In this document: positions 21,342 to 31,440 of the stretch, piece by piece | Layout: every line of letters starts with the position of its first letter | Numbering within the stretch: the first letter of the stretch is position 1 | Assembly (NCBI GenBank): GCA_963765765.1 | Contig: CAVXYC010000020.1 | Location: forward strand, 352,001 to 416,000 | DNA length: 64,000 bases | DNA from: an uncultured Chloroflexia bacterium | GTDB lineage: Bacteria > Chloroflexota > UBA6077 > JACCZL01 | Reading direction: 5' to 3' | Notes under the pieces: model-generated | Databases searched by the model: none | Told to the model about the DNA's origin: nothing | Seen by the model: only the letters and a program-made list of their open reading frames with translations | Translations under genes and position numbers: made by a program

Positions 21342-22044
21342 ATCCTTGCTGGCGAACAGATACCGATCTCATCTCGGCAGACGTCGATGAACCCGGGCGG
21401 TCGACAACTGTTCGCTCAAACGCTGGCTCGTCTGGCAATGCTGCCCGTTGCAGTAACGGACCGCGGAGGCACAAATGCCGTCGGCAGTCGCTCCCCCCTC
21501 CGTCACGAAAGGCTTGGGTTGGGGAACCAGGGACGTGGGCGGAACCGTACTCCGAGTGTTTGCGGGAGTCAAGTGTTATGGCGCTCTCGTTGGCCAGGAC
21601 TTGCCTTGTCTCTGCGCGGCTGGCCTCCGCGGTCTTCGCCTTTTGGGCTCCTCTACGGTTCTGTAGCATGCCACTGCCCTGGCAAAGCCGCGACGCCGAG
21701 CATCACCATGGTGCTGGCCCCCAGTTCGCGATCTGCGCCAGCCCGAGCTTTAGGGCCAGTTCTCCAGCGTCCTGCACATCGATCGCCTACTCGCCATCGG
21801 CAATTCCTTACTCATGACCAGATCTGCATCGGAACGCCCATATTATGCTCCCCGCCCGCGCGCAATAGCCCACTTGCCCACTGAGTTGGGCCACACTGAT
21901 GCTTTCTTGGAAGAGTTTCTTTTCCTTCACGGTTCGGCGTTGAGGACAGTGCCTGTTTCACCAGAGCCGAACTCATAGGGTCTCTCGGTTGAGAGTGGCA
22001 TATGACGGTCGTATCGGTGGCTCTCGTTGCAGCTCTCATACATC

Positions 22045-22068
22045 AGTAGTCCGTGGAGTAGTCCGTGG
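22045..22068 (+). repeat. tandem 12-bp repeat (AGTAGTCCGTGG x2), resembling an integrase arm-type site
   Basis: Exact tandem copy about 700 bp from the tRNA att site. Confidence 0.55.
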
Positions 22069-22227
22069 CAGACCCGACTCCCGAAGTGCCGCCGCCCGGT
22101 TGGAATGAACAGCTTCTCGACGCTCCACTCGAGGGCGGCGAATGCCGCACCGTCTTCGCCGGTCTCGGAGCCTGGCATCGTCCGTCATCGGCACGGAAGC
22201 GGGCTACCTCATCCAGCCCCCCGCAGA

Positions 22228-22433
22228 TTCGTAGGCGAAATGGTGGGTCGACCTCCATGTCTTCCCGACCCAGTAGCGGGCGAACGCTTTCTTGATGTTT
22301 CCGAGCCATAGTCAGCATGTTCGAATTCTCTTGACCCGATCCAGAAGTTGGCCGGGAAAGGGTTCAGTGCCGAGGCTGCTGGCACGGTCATCGGTGACCC
22401 TAAGTGAGCCGCCTGGCGCCACCTGATGTAGTC
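22228..22433 (-). pseudogene. second, inverted and truncated copy of the HNH-like gene start
   Basis: Reverse complement GACTACATCAGGTGGCGCCAGGCGGCTCAC..CTCGGAAACATCAAGAAAGCGTTCGCCCGCTACTGG..GCCTACGAA aligns to 9732-9934. Confidence 0.75.
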
Positions 22434-22769
22434 CTTAGATTAGTGCTTGAGTGGTCTGCGTCGCGGTCAGATTAGCTGCTTCGACGGGAAACACGCCCGT
22501 CGCGTCAGCAGGGTAACTTGCGACGCTATCAATGTGCCGCAGCAGCAGGGCCGTGCCTGAATTTCGGAGCGCCACAATCGCTCGCGGACCGCTGGTCCCG
22601 ATCCCACTTAAGCAAAATCCACACTACGACACCCGCGACCGCAGCTCCCTCAGGGTTCTGCTGCGAAGTTCCACAGGATGTCACCCCTATCGGCTTCAGA
22701 ACGAATGGAGGTAACCGCAGCAAACGCGCTGCTCGCAGCACAGCTAACGGGCATTTGAACTGAAAATGA

Positions 22770-22845
22770 TGGCGCGCCCGGAGGGATTCGAACCCCCGAC
22801 ACCTGGTTCCGAAGACCAGTGCTCTATCCGCTGAGCTACGGGCGC
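22770..22845 (-). tRNA. tRNA-Arg(TCG)
   Basis: GCGCCCGTAGCTCAGCGGATAGAGCACTGGTCTTCGGAACCAGGTGTCGGGGGTTCGAATCCCTCCGGGCGCGCCA; full cloverleaf with CCA. Confidence 0.95.
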
Positions 22846-22905
22846 CTACGATGTCCCTTGTCGTTGCACGACGCGGCGCCCGCGTCCAGACTCAGGAGAG
22901 ATGCA

Positions 22906-22982
22906 TGGGGTGAGCGAGGGGATTCGAACCCCCGATCTTCAGGGCCACAACCTGACGCCTTAACCGCTAGGCCACGCCCACC
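22906..22982 (-). tRNA. tRNA-His(GTG)
   Basis: GGTGGGCGTGGCCTAGCGGTTAAGGCGTCAGGTTGTGGCCCTGAAGATCGGGGGTTCGAATCCCCTCGCTCACCCCA; includes G-1 and CCA. Confidence 0.95.
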
Positions 22983-23023
22983 ATGCACTGACGCGCGGCG
23001 ATGATCGCCGCGCTCGGTCTAGA

Positions 23024-23053
23024 ATTATAGGCAGCCCGTCTACCTCCGTCCAA
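23024..23053 (-). promoter_or_regulatory. sigma70 promoter of the His-Arg tRNA operon
   Basis: Minus strand TTGGAC-18 nt-TATAAT about 40 bp upstream of tRNA-His. Confidence 0.6.
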
Positions 23054-23167
23054 CCCCTTGCCTGAATTCCACGAGTAGCTCCAATGAGGATGCTACTCCC
23101 TCAAGGTCCGGACGGAACGCCCATGGGCCACCATTCCATATGAACCACAATTTTTAACGGACACAGG

Positions 23168-23881
23168 ATGCGCTGCTCAATCGTCATTCGAGCCAAGAAC
23201 GAGGCCCAGTTTATCGGTGACACGTTGGCGGCGATCACTCAGCAGGAATTCTCCAGCGACCTGGAGATCATCGTTGTGGACTCTGGATCCACCGATGGAA
23301 CGATCGATATTGTCAAAACATTCCCGGCCACCCTGCTACAGATTCCACCTGAATCGTTCACGTACGGGCGAGCGTTGAATATCGGCATCGAGGCCTCCCA
23401 CGGCAGACATATCGTGAGCGTCAGCGCCCACACCCAGCCAATCGGAAAGCGCTGGTTGGAGTACCTCCTGGAGCCATTGGCCGATGAGCGGGTCTGCGGC
23501 AGCTATGGTCGCCAGATCCCTCGCCCTAATGCGACTCCTCTTGAAGTGTTCGGCATGCATTACACGGGGGTGGCCAGTGTCCACCGACGGGTGCAACGGT
23601 CGAATGCAATGTTCTCCAACGCGAATGGCGCTATCCGACGCGACCTATGGGAGACCGAGCGCTTCGACGAGCACGTCGCCGGAGCCGAGGACCTCGTCTG
23701 GACTCGGATCATGCTGAGGCGTGGTTATGAGATCGTCTTCGAGCCGCGTGCATGCGCCTATCATTCACACGGCGTCCCGCTTGGAAAGCACGCGAGGCAG
23801 ATTCTGCGCGATCTGCCGACCGTCGCTCGCTCGATGCTAGGCATAAGCGGCGCCGGCACTCACGCCCATGATTCCCGATAG
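23168..23881 (+). CDS. GT2 glycosyltransferase (rhamnosyltransferase-like)
   Basis: SIVIRAKNE, VVDSGSTDGT, F.YGRALN.G, YGRQIP, AED, YHSH. Confidence 0.9.
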   Translation: MRCSIVIRAKNEAQFIGDTLAAITQQEFSSDLEIIVVDSGSTDGTIDIVKTFPATLLQIPPESFTYGRALNIGIEASHGRHIVSVSAHTQPIGKRWLEYLLEPLADERVCGSYGRQIPRPNATPLEVFGMHYTGVASVHRRVQRSNAMFSNANGAIRRDLWETERFDEHVAGAEDLVWTRIMLRRGYEIVFEPRACAYHSHGVPLGKHARQILRDLPTVARSMLGISGAGTHAHDSR

Positions 23882-23911
23882 ACAGCCCGTGACTTCGGAA
23901 AGCCCAGACTC

Positions 23912-25330
23912 ATGAATGCGACTGCACCGGGTCACTGGCGACCAACTCGCGATCTCATGATCTCTGCAGTGCTGGTTGGTGTTATCGCAGCGGGTATCCG
24001 CATCGCCTTCAATCCGCTGATCCCTCCGCTGCTGAACCCGGACAGTGAGGGCTATGTGCAGGCGGGGTGGAATCTGTTCCACGGGTCTGGCCTTGATCTC
24101 GGCTTACGGAGAACCCCAGGGTACGGAATGTTCATTGCGGCGGCCTTCGGTCTGCTGGGGGAGCGACTCACCTCCATCGTCGCGGCGCAACACGCTCTCG
24201 GTGTCATTAACGCCCTGCTCGCGTTGGCGCTTGGACGAATGGTCCTGGGCACCGTCGGTGGGCTGGTGATGGGAATCCTGACCGCGCTTTCCGGTCCCTT
24301 GTTGCTCTACGAGCATTTCGTCATGACAGAGATGCTCTCCACCACAGCCCTCCTCGTAGCGACAATTGCGATGCTTCATGCTTTAGCAGCGCGTACATTT
24401 GGCTGGGCGATGATCGCGGGTCTCTGCACGGGCGTGGCACTGCTTTGTCGGCCGGCCCTGCAAATCGTGATGTTTGTCGGCGTAGCTGGCTTCGCCATCA
24501 TGTTCTGGCGCTCTCCACGGCAACTGGCCCTCACCGCTGGAGCGTTCATCGTTGGCACGAGTGTCTTCATGCTTCCGTGGATGCTCAAAAACGTGGTGAT
24601 ATACGACGCGTTCACAATGGCTGGCTCCGGTCGTCATCTCCTATTCCGCCTGATCAGGTCAGATGCTGGGTTCAGCTTTGCTCGTCCGGAGGGTTTGACG
24701 ACGCCCGAGCCAGAGCCCATGGCGGGAGCCAGACGAATTCTGATGGAGCAGGCTGCCAAACATGACGGCAGCTCTAATTACCAGCGATTTCGCGAAGAGC
24801 TTGGCCTCAGCGAGGCTGAGACCAACAAGCTTCAGACGTCCCTCGCACTCGAGGCGATTCGACAGCAGCCCGTCTACTTCCTCATGGGCACGCTGGACAT
24901 CTTCGGTCGGGTATTCGTTGGCGAGCCGATAAACCTTCGCCGCGAAGGGTCCGATCTGTCAGAAGTCGATTGGGATAGGCCCATCCGCCATCTCGTGAAT
25001 CCGACGCCTCCCCGGGGAGACCGCAACACCGCACAACTATTGCTCAGCATCTGGGACCCCGGCCGCTGGGGCGCGCTCATCCCAGCAATCTTCACCATCG
25101 GCGTTCTCAGCGCAATGCTTCGGCGCTCGGGGCCGGTGCTCATGGTCGCGGTGATCGCACTGGCGCCGCAGGTTCTCGGAGCCGCCATGGCGGGTTACGC
25201 GCTGCGATTCCGCTACCCGTTTGACCCGCTCATTGCTATCGTGGCCTGGTACGGAATCTGGAGCGCCGTTGCCTTGCTTGCCGGCTTCTCGGCCGGGCGC
25301 TTTACTGGCGCACAGAGACAGCCCGCGTAG
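23912..25330 (+). CDS. multi-TM GT-C/ArnT-like glycosyltransferase
   Basis: PDSEGY, RTPGY, EHFVMTE, LCRP, PWMLKN, RFRYP motifs; many TM segments. Confidence 0.75.
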   Translation: MNATAPGHWRPTRDLMISAVLVGVIAAGIRIAFNPLIPPLLNPDSEGYVQAGWNLFHGSGLDLGLRRTPGYGMFIAAAFGLLGERLTSIVAAQHALGVINALLALALGRMVLGTVGGLVMGILTALSGPLLLYEHFVMTEMLSTTALLVATIAMLHALAARTFGWAMIAGLCTGVALLCRPALQIVMFVGVAGFAIMFWRSPRQLALTAGAFIVGTSVFMLPWMLKNVVIYDAFTMAGSGRHLLFRLIRSDAGFSFARPEGLTTPEPEPMAGARRILMEQAAKHDGSSNYQRFREELGLSEAETNKLQTSLALEAIRQQPVYFLMGTLDIFGRVFVGEPINLRREGSDLSEVDWDRPIRHLVNPTPPRGDRNTAQLLLSIWDPGRWGALIPAIFTIGVLSAMLRRSGPVLMVAVIALAPQVLGAAMAGYALRFRYPFDPLIAIVAWYGIWSAVALLAGFSAGRFTGAQRQPA

Positions 25331-25403
25331 ATCACCTTGGTTAGCATGCCCACGTGCTAGACTCCTCGCCGCCCATACCACCGATATCCTGGAGGGCTCA
25401 CCC

Positions 25404-26552
25404 GTGACCACACACTCATCATCAGCAGAGCCGCGCCTTCCCGATCCGATTCGACAGCGATCCGAGTTCCTCAATTCTTATGTCGTGGCGGCTGAGGAAA
25501 AAGTGGCTGAGCCTTTTCGCGGCGTCACCGCGGACGGCAACGTCCTCCCGGGTCTCTACCCGATTCGCTCGACAGGTATTTCGACAGCGCCCATCCTGGC
25601 GGCTGCCCGCGCCTGGCTTGCTGCGCTAGGCCCCGAACAACGACAACAGGCCATGTTCTCGGTGGACCACGATCACTGGCGCCGCTGGAGCAACATCCAT
25701 CCGCCTCTTCTTCGCCATGGCGTGTGCTTGATGGAAGCCAGCGAGTCACAGCGCAAACTGGCATACGATCTGCTCGCCTCTGGTCTCAGCGTCGCCGGAC
25801 TTGATGCCGCGATGGGCGTTATGAGACTCAACGAGACCGTGGGCGAGATGACCGGCCGCTTCGACGAATACGGCGAGCAGCGATACTGGGTGAGTATCTT
25901 CGGTGAGCCGTCCGCAGACCAGCCCTGGGGTTGGCAGATTGATGGCCATCATCTCAATTTGAACTACTTCGTACTCGGAGACCAGGTAGTGCTGTCCCCG
26001 CTCTTTATGGGCTCCGAGCCCGTGATAGCGGCGGAAGGGAAGTACGTTGGCACGGCGGTCTTTCGCGCTGAGGAAGAGCGAGGCCTCGCCCTCATGCGAT
26101 CCTTAACGGATGATCAGCGAAATGCCGCAATCATCGGCGACGAGCTGCCGCACGACGTCTTCGGTACGGGGTTCCGTGACAATCTGATTCTGGAGCCTCA
26201 GGGCATCCTCTTCGATGACCTGAACGCCGACCAGCAATCTGGTCTTCGGGCCGTCATCGATACGTACGTCAATCGACTCCGCCCAGGTCATGCCGAGATT
26301 CGGATGGAGGAAGTCGTGGACCACGTCTCGGAGACACGCTTCGCATGGATCGGTGACGTGACCGACGACGGTGTCTTCTACTACCGCGTTCAGAGTCCCG
26401 TGATCCTGCTCGAATTCGACCATCAGCGCGGTGTCGCATTTCGCGGCACACCCGTTTCCAGAAACCACATCCACACCGTGATCCGAACGCCCAACGGAAA
26501 CGACTACGGCCGAGACCTGCTGCGGCAGCATTACGAGCGGTACAAACACTAG
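25404..26552 (+). CDS. DUF3500 domain protein
   Basis: PWGWQIDGHHL.LN, YYRVQSPVILLEFDHQ, NHIHTVIRTPNGNDYG. Confidence 0.88.
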   Translation: MTTHSSSAEPRLPDPIRQRSEFLNSYVVAAEEKVAEPFRGVTADGNVLPGLYPIRSTGISTAPILAAARAWLAALGPEQRQQAMFSVDHDHWRRWSNIHPPLLRHGVCLMEASESQRKLAYDLLASGLSVAGLDAAMGVMRLNETVGEMTGRFDEYGEQRYWVSIFGEPSADQPWGWQIDGHHLNLNYFVLGDQVVLSPLFMGSEPVIAAEGKYVGTAVFRAEEERGLALMRSLTDDQRNAAIIGDELPHDVFGTGFRDNLILEPQGILFDDLNADQQSGLRAVIDTYVNRLRPGHAEIRMEEVVDHVSETRFAWIGDVTDDGVFYYRVQSPVILLEFDHQRGVAFRGTPVSRNHIHTVIRTPNGNDYGRDLLRQHYERYKH

Positions 26553-26557
26553 TCCTC

Positions 26558-26610
26558 AGTGATGAGTGAGAGACCCAGTCACTCCACTCATCACCCATCA
26601 CTCATCACTC
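26558..26610. repeat. short heptamer-type tandem repeats (CTCATCA/TGATGAG) forming a hairpin
   Basis: agtgatgagtg...cactcatcacccatcactcatcactc, intergenic. Confidence 0.5.
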
Positions 26611-26621
26611 GGAGTCCTTAC

Positions 26622-27674
26622 ATGCCAGATCGCATCAGACTCGGAATCATCGGCGCAGGCGGATTTACGAAGGGACGCGTCCTGCCCAACTTCCAGAAGC
26701 TCTCGGACGTAGACGTCGTGGTTGTTTGCAATCGCCACCTGGAAAGTGCTCAACAGGTTGCCGGTCAGTTCAACATCCCTGACGCCACCGATGACTATCG
26801 GGCGGTGCTGGAGCGTAGCGACGTGGACGCCGTCTTTATCGGCACTCCGCCCTACCTTCACAAGGAGGCCGTGCTAGGAGCCCTGGACACGGGCAAGCAC
26901 GTGCTCTGCCAGACTCGCATCGCGCTCACACCCGAGGAAGCTCACGAGATGCACGAGGCGGCACAGGCGGCCGCAAAACGCGGCGTCAAAGCCATGCTGG
27001 CACGCCCGGCGCCATACGCGCGCTACCAGAAATATCTGAGCCACATGATCCAATCCGGCCACTTCGGCGAGTTACGTCAAGTGATGGGGTACTGCATCTG
27101 GCCGAATTACGCGAAGCGCGACACGCCTCGGGATTACCGACAGACCCACGGCGTCTTCGGCCCATACAACGCGATGCAGCTGGGTCTCTACTGGGATGTC
27201 ATGTCTCCGTGGGTCGGGACGGCTCAGCGCGTTCTGGCGCACGGCCACACGTTCGTCACCGAACGCCCGGACGGCGTCGGCGGACCGCTGGCTCCAGTGG
27301 AGAAGCCGGACAGTATTACTGCCATTGCCGAGACCGACCGTGGCGTCGTTGCCTCGAACGTCCAGTGGTGGGCCGGCTTGTTTGGAACGAACCGTGTTGA
27401 GCTCTATGGCGAGGAAGCAACGGCAATCTACTACAACCAGGATGACCTATTGGTCGGGGCGCGAGCCGGCGATGCGAAGCTGGAGCCTATGAACGTCCCC
27501 ACCGAGTACGACGACCCCTGGCACGTAGAAGCGGACTTCGCGGCCCTAATTCGTGGAGATATCCAGGAAGCGCCGTTCACGTTCCTGGATGGTATCCGCA
27601 ACATGGAGTATCTGAAGGCCGTGAACGAATCTGTGAACGAGGGACGCTGGGTGGACGTTGGAGGAACTTCATGA
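26622..27674 (+). CDS. Gfo/Idh/MocA family oxidoreductase
   Basis: RLGIIGAG, DVDAVFIGTPPYLH, GKHVLCQ. Confidence 0.9.
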   Translation: MPDRIRLGIIGAGGFTKGRVLPNFQKLSDVDVVVVCNRHLESAQQVAGQFNIPDATDDYRAVLERSDVDAVFIGTPPYLHKEAVLGALDTGKHVLCQTRIALTPEEAHEMHEAAQAAAKRGVKAMLARPAPYARYQKYLSHMIQSGHFGELRQVMGYCIWPNYAKRDTPRDYRQTHGVFGPYNAMQLGLYWDVMSPWVGTAQRVLAHGHTFVTERPDGVGGPLAPVEKPDSITAIAETDRGVVASNVQWWAGLFGTNRVELYGEEATAIYYNQDDLLVGARAGDAKLEPMNVPTEYDDPWHVEADFAALIRGDIQEAPFTFLDGIRNMEYLKAVNESVNEGRWVDVGGTS

Positions 27675-27699
27675 GCTTCCCACGGCCTGATGATGAGCT

Positions 27700-28506
27700 T
27701 CAGACGTCTGGCGCCGACTGAAGCTCATCATCAGCCTCCACGCGACTCACCCGACGGTTGGCGCCGCGCGGGCGCTGGAGATCAGCGGAAATCGCGCTCG
27801 CGGAGGTCATAACAAGGTCAATTACTCGCTGAAATCGTGGCCGGGCAAGCCGCTGCGACGGTCCGGCAACTGTGACTGCCGCCACTACCACGCCTCGCGA
27901 ATCGCGGACAGGTGCTGAAACGGAACGGATGAGCATTTCCCGTTCCTGGTCATTGACTGCAAATCCATGTTCGCGCACATCGTGCAGTGTCTGGCGGAAT
28001 TGATCGGGTTCCGTGATCGTTCGAGCGGAATGTTTTGGCAGTCCGTGACGTATAAAGCGCTCGATCTCCTGCTCGGGCTTCCAAGCGATGAGCACCTTCC
28101 CCGTTGCGGTGCAATGCACCGGCCCGCGTTCACGTGGGCCATGCGTAACGCGAAGATTGTGGGGACTTTCAACGCGCTGGACGTACACCACATCCAGATC
28201 GTCAAGCACTCCGAGCAGGATCGTCTCTTCGGTGATACGGCCGATCTCCATCATGTGTGGCAGCGCCGGACGGAGGTCTACCTCGCTCAGCGCCACCTGA
28301 CCGAGCTCATAGAGCCCTAACCCCAGGCGGTAGCGCGCTGAATGCGCGTCTCTACGGATCAGGCCCTCGGACGCGAGCATAGTCAGCAGACGGTGAGTAT
28401 TGCCCTTGCTGAGCCCAAGGCGACGGCTGATCTCGGACAGCCGTAGCTCCGGTTCATCCTCGGAGAACGTACGAAGTATTCTGATTCCTTCGATGAGTGA
28501 GGACAC
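27700..28506 (-). CDS. IclR family transcriptional regulator
   Basis: HTH LSEISRRLGLSKGNTHRLL, YRLG, HCTATGK, SVSAPV. Confidence 0.93.
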   Translation of the reverse strand: MSSLIEGIRILRTFSEDEPELRLSEISRRLGLSKGNTHRLLTMLASEGLIRRDAHSARYRLGLGLYELGQVALSEVDLRPALPHMMEIGRITEETILLGVLDDLDVVYVQRVESPHNLRVTHGPRERGPVHCTATGKVLIAWKPEQEIERFIRHGLPKHSARTITEPDQFRQTLHDVREHGFAVNDQEREMLIRSVSAPVRDSRGVVVAAVTVAGPSQRLARPRFQRVIDLVMTSASAISADLQRPRGANRRVSRVEADDELQSAPDV

Positions 28507-28560
28507 TGCTTCGCCCCATGCACGTAGTGTGGTCCAACAAATTTAGCCGTAAGTTAGTAT

Positions 28561-28590
28561 GCAGTTGTTCGAATCTTTTGAACAAACTGC
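28561..28590. promoter_or_regulatory. imperfect palindrome, candidate IclR operator
   Basis: GCAGTTGTTCGAATCTTTTGAACAAACTGC between divergent iclR and the oxygenase gene, next to a TAGTAT -10. Confidence 0.45.
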
Positions 28591-28654
28591 ACGACGATCG
28601 GAACGGTTGTCGATTAGAGTCATAGGTAATCAATCTCACAATCAGGAGCAGAAT

Positions 28655-29951
28655 GTGCTGAGAGAGGACGAGAATCGGCGGTTGAACGAGACTGGCCGGG
28701 GTACGCCGATGGGCGAGCTGATGCGCCGCTACTGGCAGCCGATCGCCGCGGCCGGCGAGCTCGATGAAACGCCGGTCAAGCAGGTTCGGCTCCTGAGCGA
28801 GGATCTGGTTCTTTACAAGGACCACAACGGCACGTTCGGACTCGTGGATTTGCACTGTCCGCACCGTCGCGCGGACATGAGCTACGGGATCATCGAACAA
28901 GAGGGCATCCGCTGCAATTACCATGGCTGGCGCTTCGTCCAGACCGGCCAGTGTGTAGAGCAGCCATTTGACGACATCGCTCATCCCGGACGTCGACTTC
29001 AAAGCTAAGATTCAGATCAAGTCCTATCCCGTGCGCGAGCGCGGCGGGCTCCTCTGGGCGTACCTCGGCCCCTCACCAGTGCCCGAGGTGCCGAACTGGG
29101 GTCCGTTCACGTGGGAAAACGGTATCGTTCAGATGGTGTTCACCGAGATCCCCTGTAACTGGTTCCAGTGCCAGGAGAACTCGATTGATCCGGTCCACTT
29201 CGAATGGCTTCACAGCTACTGGTCGTACGACCTTGCTGGCCGACGTGGGAAGCCCGCGCCCCGTCATCTGAAGGTTGGGTTCGACGAATTCGAGTACGGG
29301 TTCGTGTACCGGCGCGTTCAGGAAGGCTTCACCGAGGAGCATCCGCTCTGGACCGTGGGACGCACCTGCCTGTGGCCCAACGCGCTTTACACGGGCGACC
29401 ATTTCGAGTGGCGTGTCCCGGTCGACGATAACACCACGCTGAGTGTGGGATGGTTCTTCGATGGAGTGGCGCCCGGCCATGAGCTCCCCACGAACCAGCG
29501 ATACTTCCACTGGTACTCACCGCTGAAGGACCCACTCACGGGACGTTGGATCAATTCGCACGTGATGAATCAGGACTTCATCGCCTGGGTTGGTCAGGGC
29601 GCTCAAGCACAACGCTCATTGGAGCACTTAAGCCCCAGCGATCGCGGGATCATCATGATGCGCCAGAAGATGTTCGAGCAGATGAATGTCGTTGCCCGCG
29701 GTGAGGATCCCAAGTGCACACTCCGGAAGGGCGTTGCTCCAGAGATTCAGGAGCTGCCTCACCCAAACGCGCTCACGCGGGGCGGGTCAGAAAGCCGCGA
29801 CGTCCGATTTCCCTTCCTGGCTGGGCAACCGCCGGAGATCGCCGAGATCTACCGCAAGGTGAAGGAGACCTGGTTCGATTCATCGATACCCATGCCTGCG
29901 AACATTCAGGATCAGGGATTGAGTCTGAGCGGGACCGCCTCGCGAGAGTAA
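28655..29951 (+). CDS. Rieske aromatic oxygenase/O-demethylase alpha subunit (frameshift near 28990)
   Basis: GTPMGELMRRYWQP, CPHRR..CNYHGW, ENSIDPVHFEWLH, QD, EHLSPSDRG (LigXa/phthalate 4,5-dioxygenase-type layout). Confidence 0.9.
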
Positions 29952-29966
29952 GACCTAGATTCCCAA

Positions 29967-30062
29967 CGTAGTGGGGTTCCCTTTGCGGGCATCGCCTAGA
30001 TCTCAATTGGCGCGATGGCAGTTTGGACTTCTAGGCGGCGCCCCGCAAGGGAACCCACTACG
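29967..30062. repeat. REP-like inverted repeat
   Basis: cgtagtggggttccctttgcggg..gcctaga / tctaggc..ccccgcaagggaacccactacg between convergent genes. Confidence 0.7.
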
Positions 30063-30063
30063 A

Positions 30064-30537
30064 TTAGCCCAAATTATTCGGGGTAGGCGAGTCGACCTCG
30101 AACTTGATCCAGTAGTTGTTCGTGTGGTGTCGCTCAAACCCGAGCCGCTGATAGAGCCGGTTGGCGACTTCGCGGCGGGGATTCGTATTGAGCTCGATGA
30201 CCGACGCCCCGCCTTCGTGAGCGAGCCTGACCGCCTCGTTGGTTAGCGCGGAGCCGGCGCCGCGTCCGCGCGCTGGTTCGTCCACAATCACATTCTCAAG
30301 TCGAGCGTGCTTGCGTGAAGGTGTCCGATAGAGAACCACGGTCGCTGTACCGATGACTTCGGCTGATTCGGGGTCACGGGCAATCAGCAAGGTCGTCGCG
30401 GGTGACTCCACCACCTGGTCTAGCTCCGCAACTGTTGGCGGCGACAGCGTAGGATGCGACTGCGGAAGCAATCGCTCGAACGCCGCCACGAGCTCCGGTG
30501 TGATTGATCTGACCGTCTCGACGACGATCTCCGCCAC
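30064..30537 (-). CDS. GNAT N-acetyltransferase
   Basis: VIVDEPARGRGAGSAL, ANRLYQRLGF. Confidence 0.9.
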   Translation of the reverse strand: MAEIVVETVRSITPELVAAFERLLPQSHPTLSPPTVAELDQVVESPATTLLIARDPESAEVIGTATVVLYRTPSRKHARLENVIVDEPARGRGAGSALTNEAVRLAHEGGASVIELNTNPRREVANRLYQRLGFERHHTNNYWIKFEVDSPTPNNLG

Positions 30538-30538
30538 G

Positions 30539-31340
30539 CTAGTCTCCGGCGAGATCAGAGAGCGCTAGCCCTGCTCGACGCAAAGCAGCATCGAAGAACA
30601 CCTGTCCTCGGCGCACCCCGGTAGCTTCCAACGCACCGCGTGCCTTGGACAGCTGGCGCGGAATCGCATCCAGCACCTCTGGCCGAACCTGCTGGTTAGC
30701 TCCTGACATGGAATCGGAGGCCATCTGCACTTCGCAAGCGCGCTGCAATCGCCAGTAATCCTCAAAGACCGCGGGCACGTGACTACCCACCAAAACCAGT
30801 CCATGATTTCGCAGAATCAGGACGCGCTTCGCCACCCAGGTTCTCGGCCAGGCGCTTGCGCTCATCAACATCCGTCGAGATGCCTTCAAACTCGTGGTAA
30901 CCAACATCACCGAAGAACTCTGCGCTGTAGAAGTTGTCGTAACGCAGGCCCTCTCCTTTGCAGGCGACGGCCATACCAGCGGTCGTGTGCGTGTGGACCA
31001 CGCAATGAGCATCGTGGCGTACGGCATGGATGGCACCGTGGATGACGAAGCCAGCGAGGTTTACGGGGTATTCCGAGCCGTCCAGGACGTTTCCTTCGAG
31101 ATCAATCTTGACGAGGTTTCTGGCGGTCACCTCGGAGTAGTTCAGTCCATATGGATTGATCAAGAAGTGCGGCTCAGAGCCTGGGACGCGGAGCGTGATG
31201 TGGTTGTAGATCATCTCCGTCCAGCCCTGAGCATCCACCAGACGGTAGAACGCCGCGAGCTCGAGACGAAGCTGCCACTCCTCGGCAGTCACGCCGTGCG
31301 ATCTCAGCGATTGCGGAACGAGCAGGTCAAGCGTTGCCAT
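30539..31340 (-). CDS. class II aldolase/adducin family protein (frameshift near 30830)
   Basis: IYNHIT.RVP, INPYGL, AGFVIHGAIH, HTHT, LILRNHG. Confidence 0.9.
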
Positions 31341-31440
31341 TGATTGCCTCCAGAGAGCCGACGATGGCTATTAAAACAGGACCGCCCTCCGCCGCGGCGC
31401 GGGCAGAGGGCGGTTACTTCAGTGTACGAGGCGTTCGCTT

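Larger units (their letters stand above)
9358..22814. mobile_element. genomic islet integrated at tRNA-Arg(TCG), carrying the phosphonate cluster; no integrase seen
   Basis: Bounded by about 64-bp direct repeats; 12-bp-period arm-like repeats at 9526-9547 and 22045-22068; part of the cargo is visibly more AT-rich. Confidence 0.75.

Noticed and set aside
21369-22040. Short ORFs upstream of the TylF gene
   Set aside because: No recognisable motifs or consistent coding signal.
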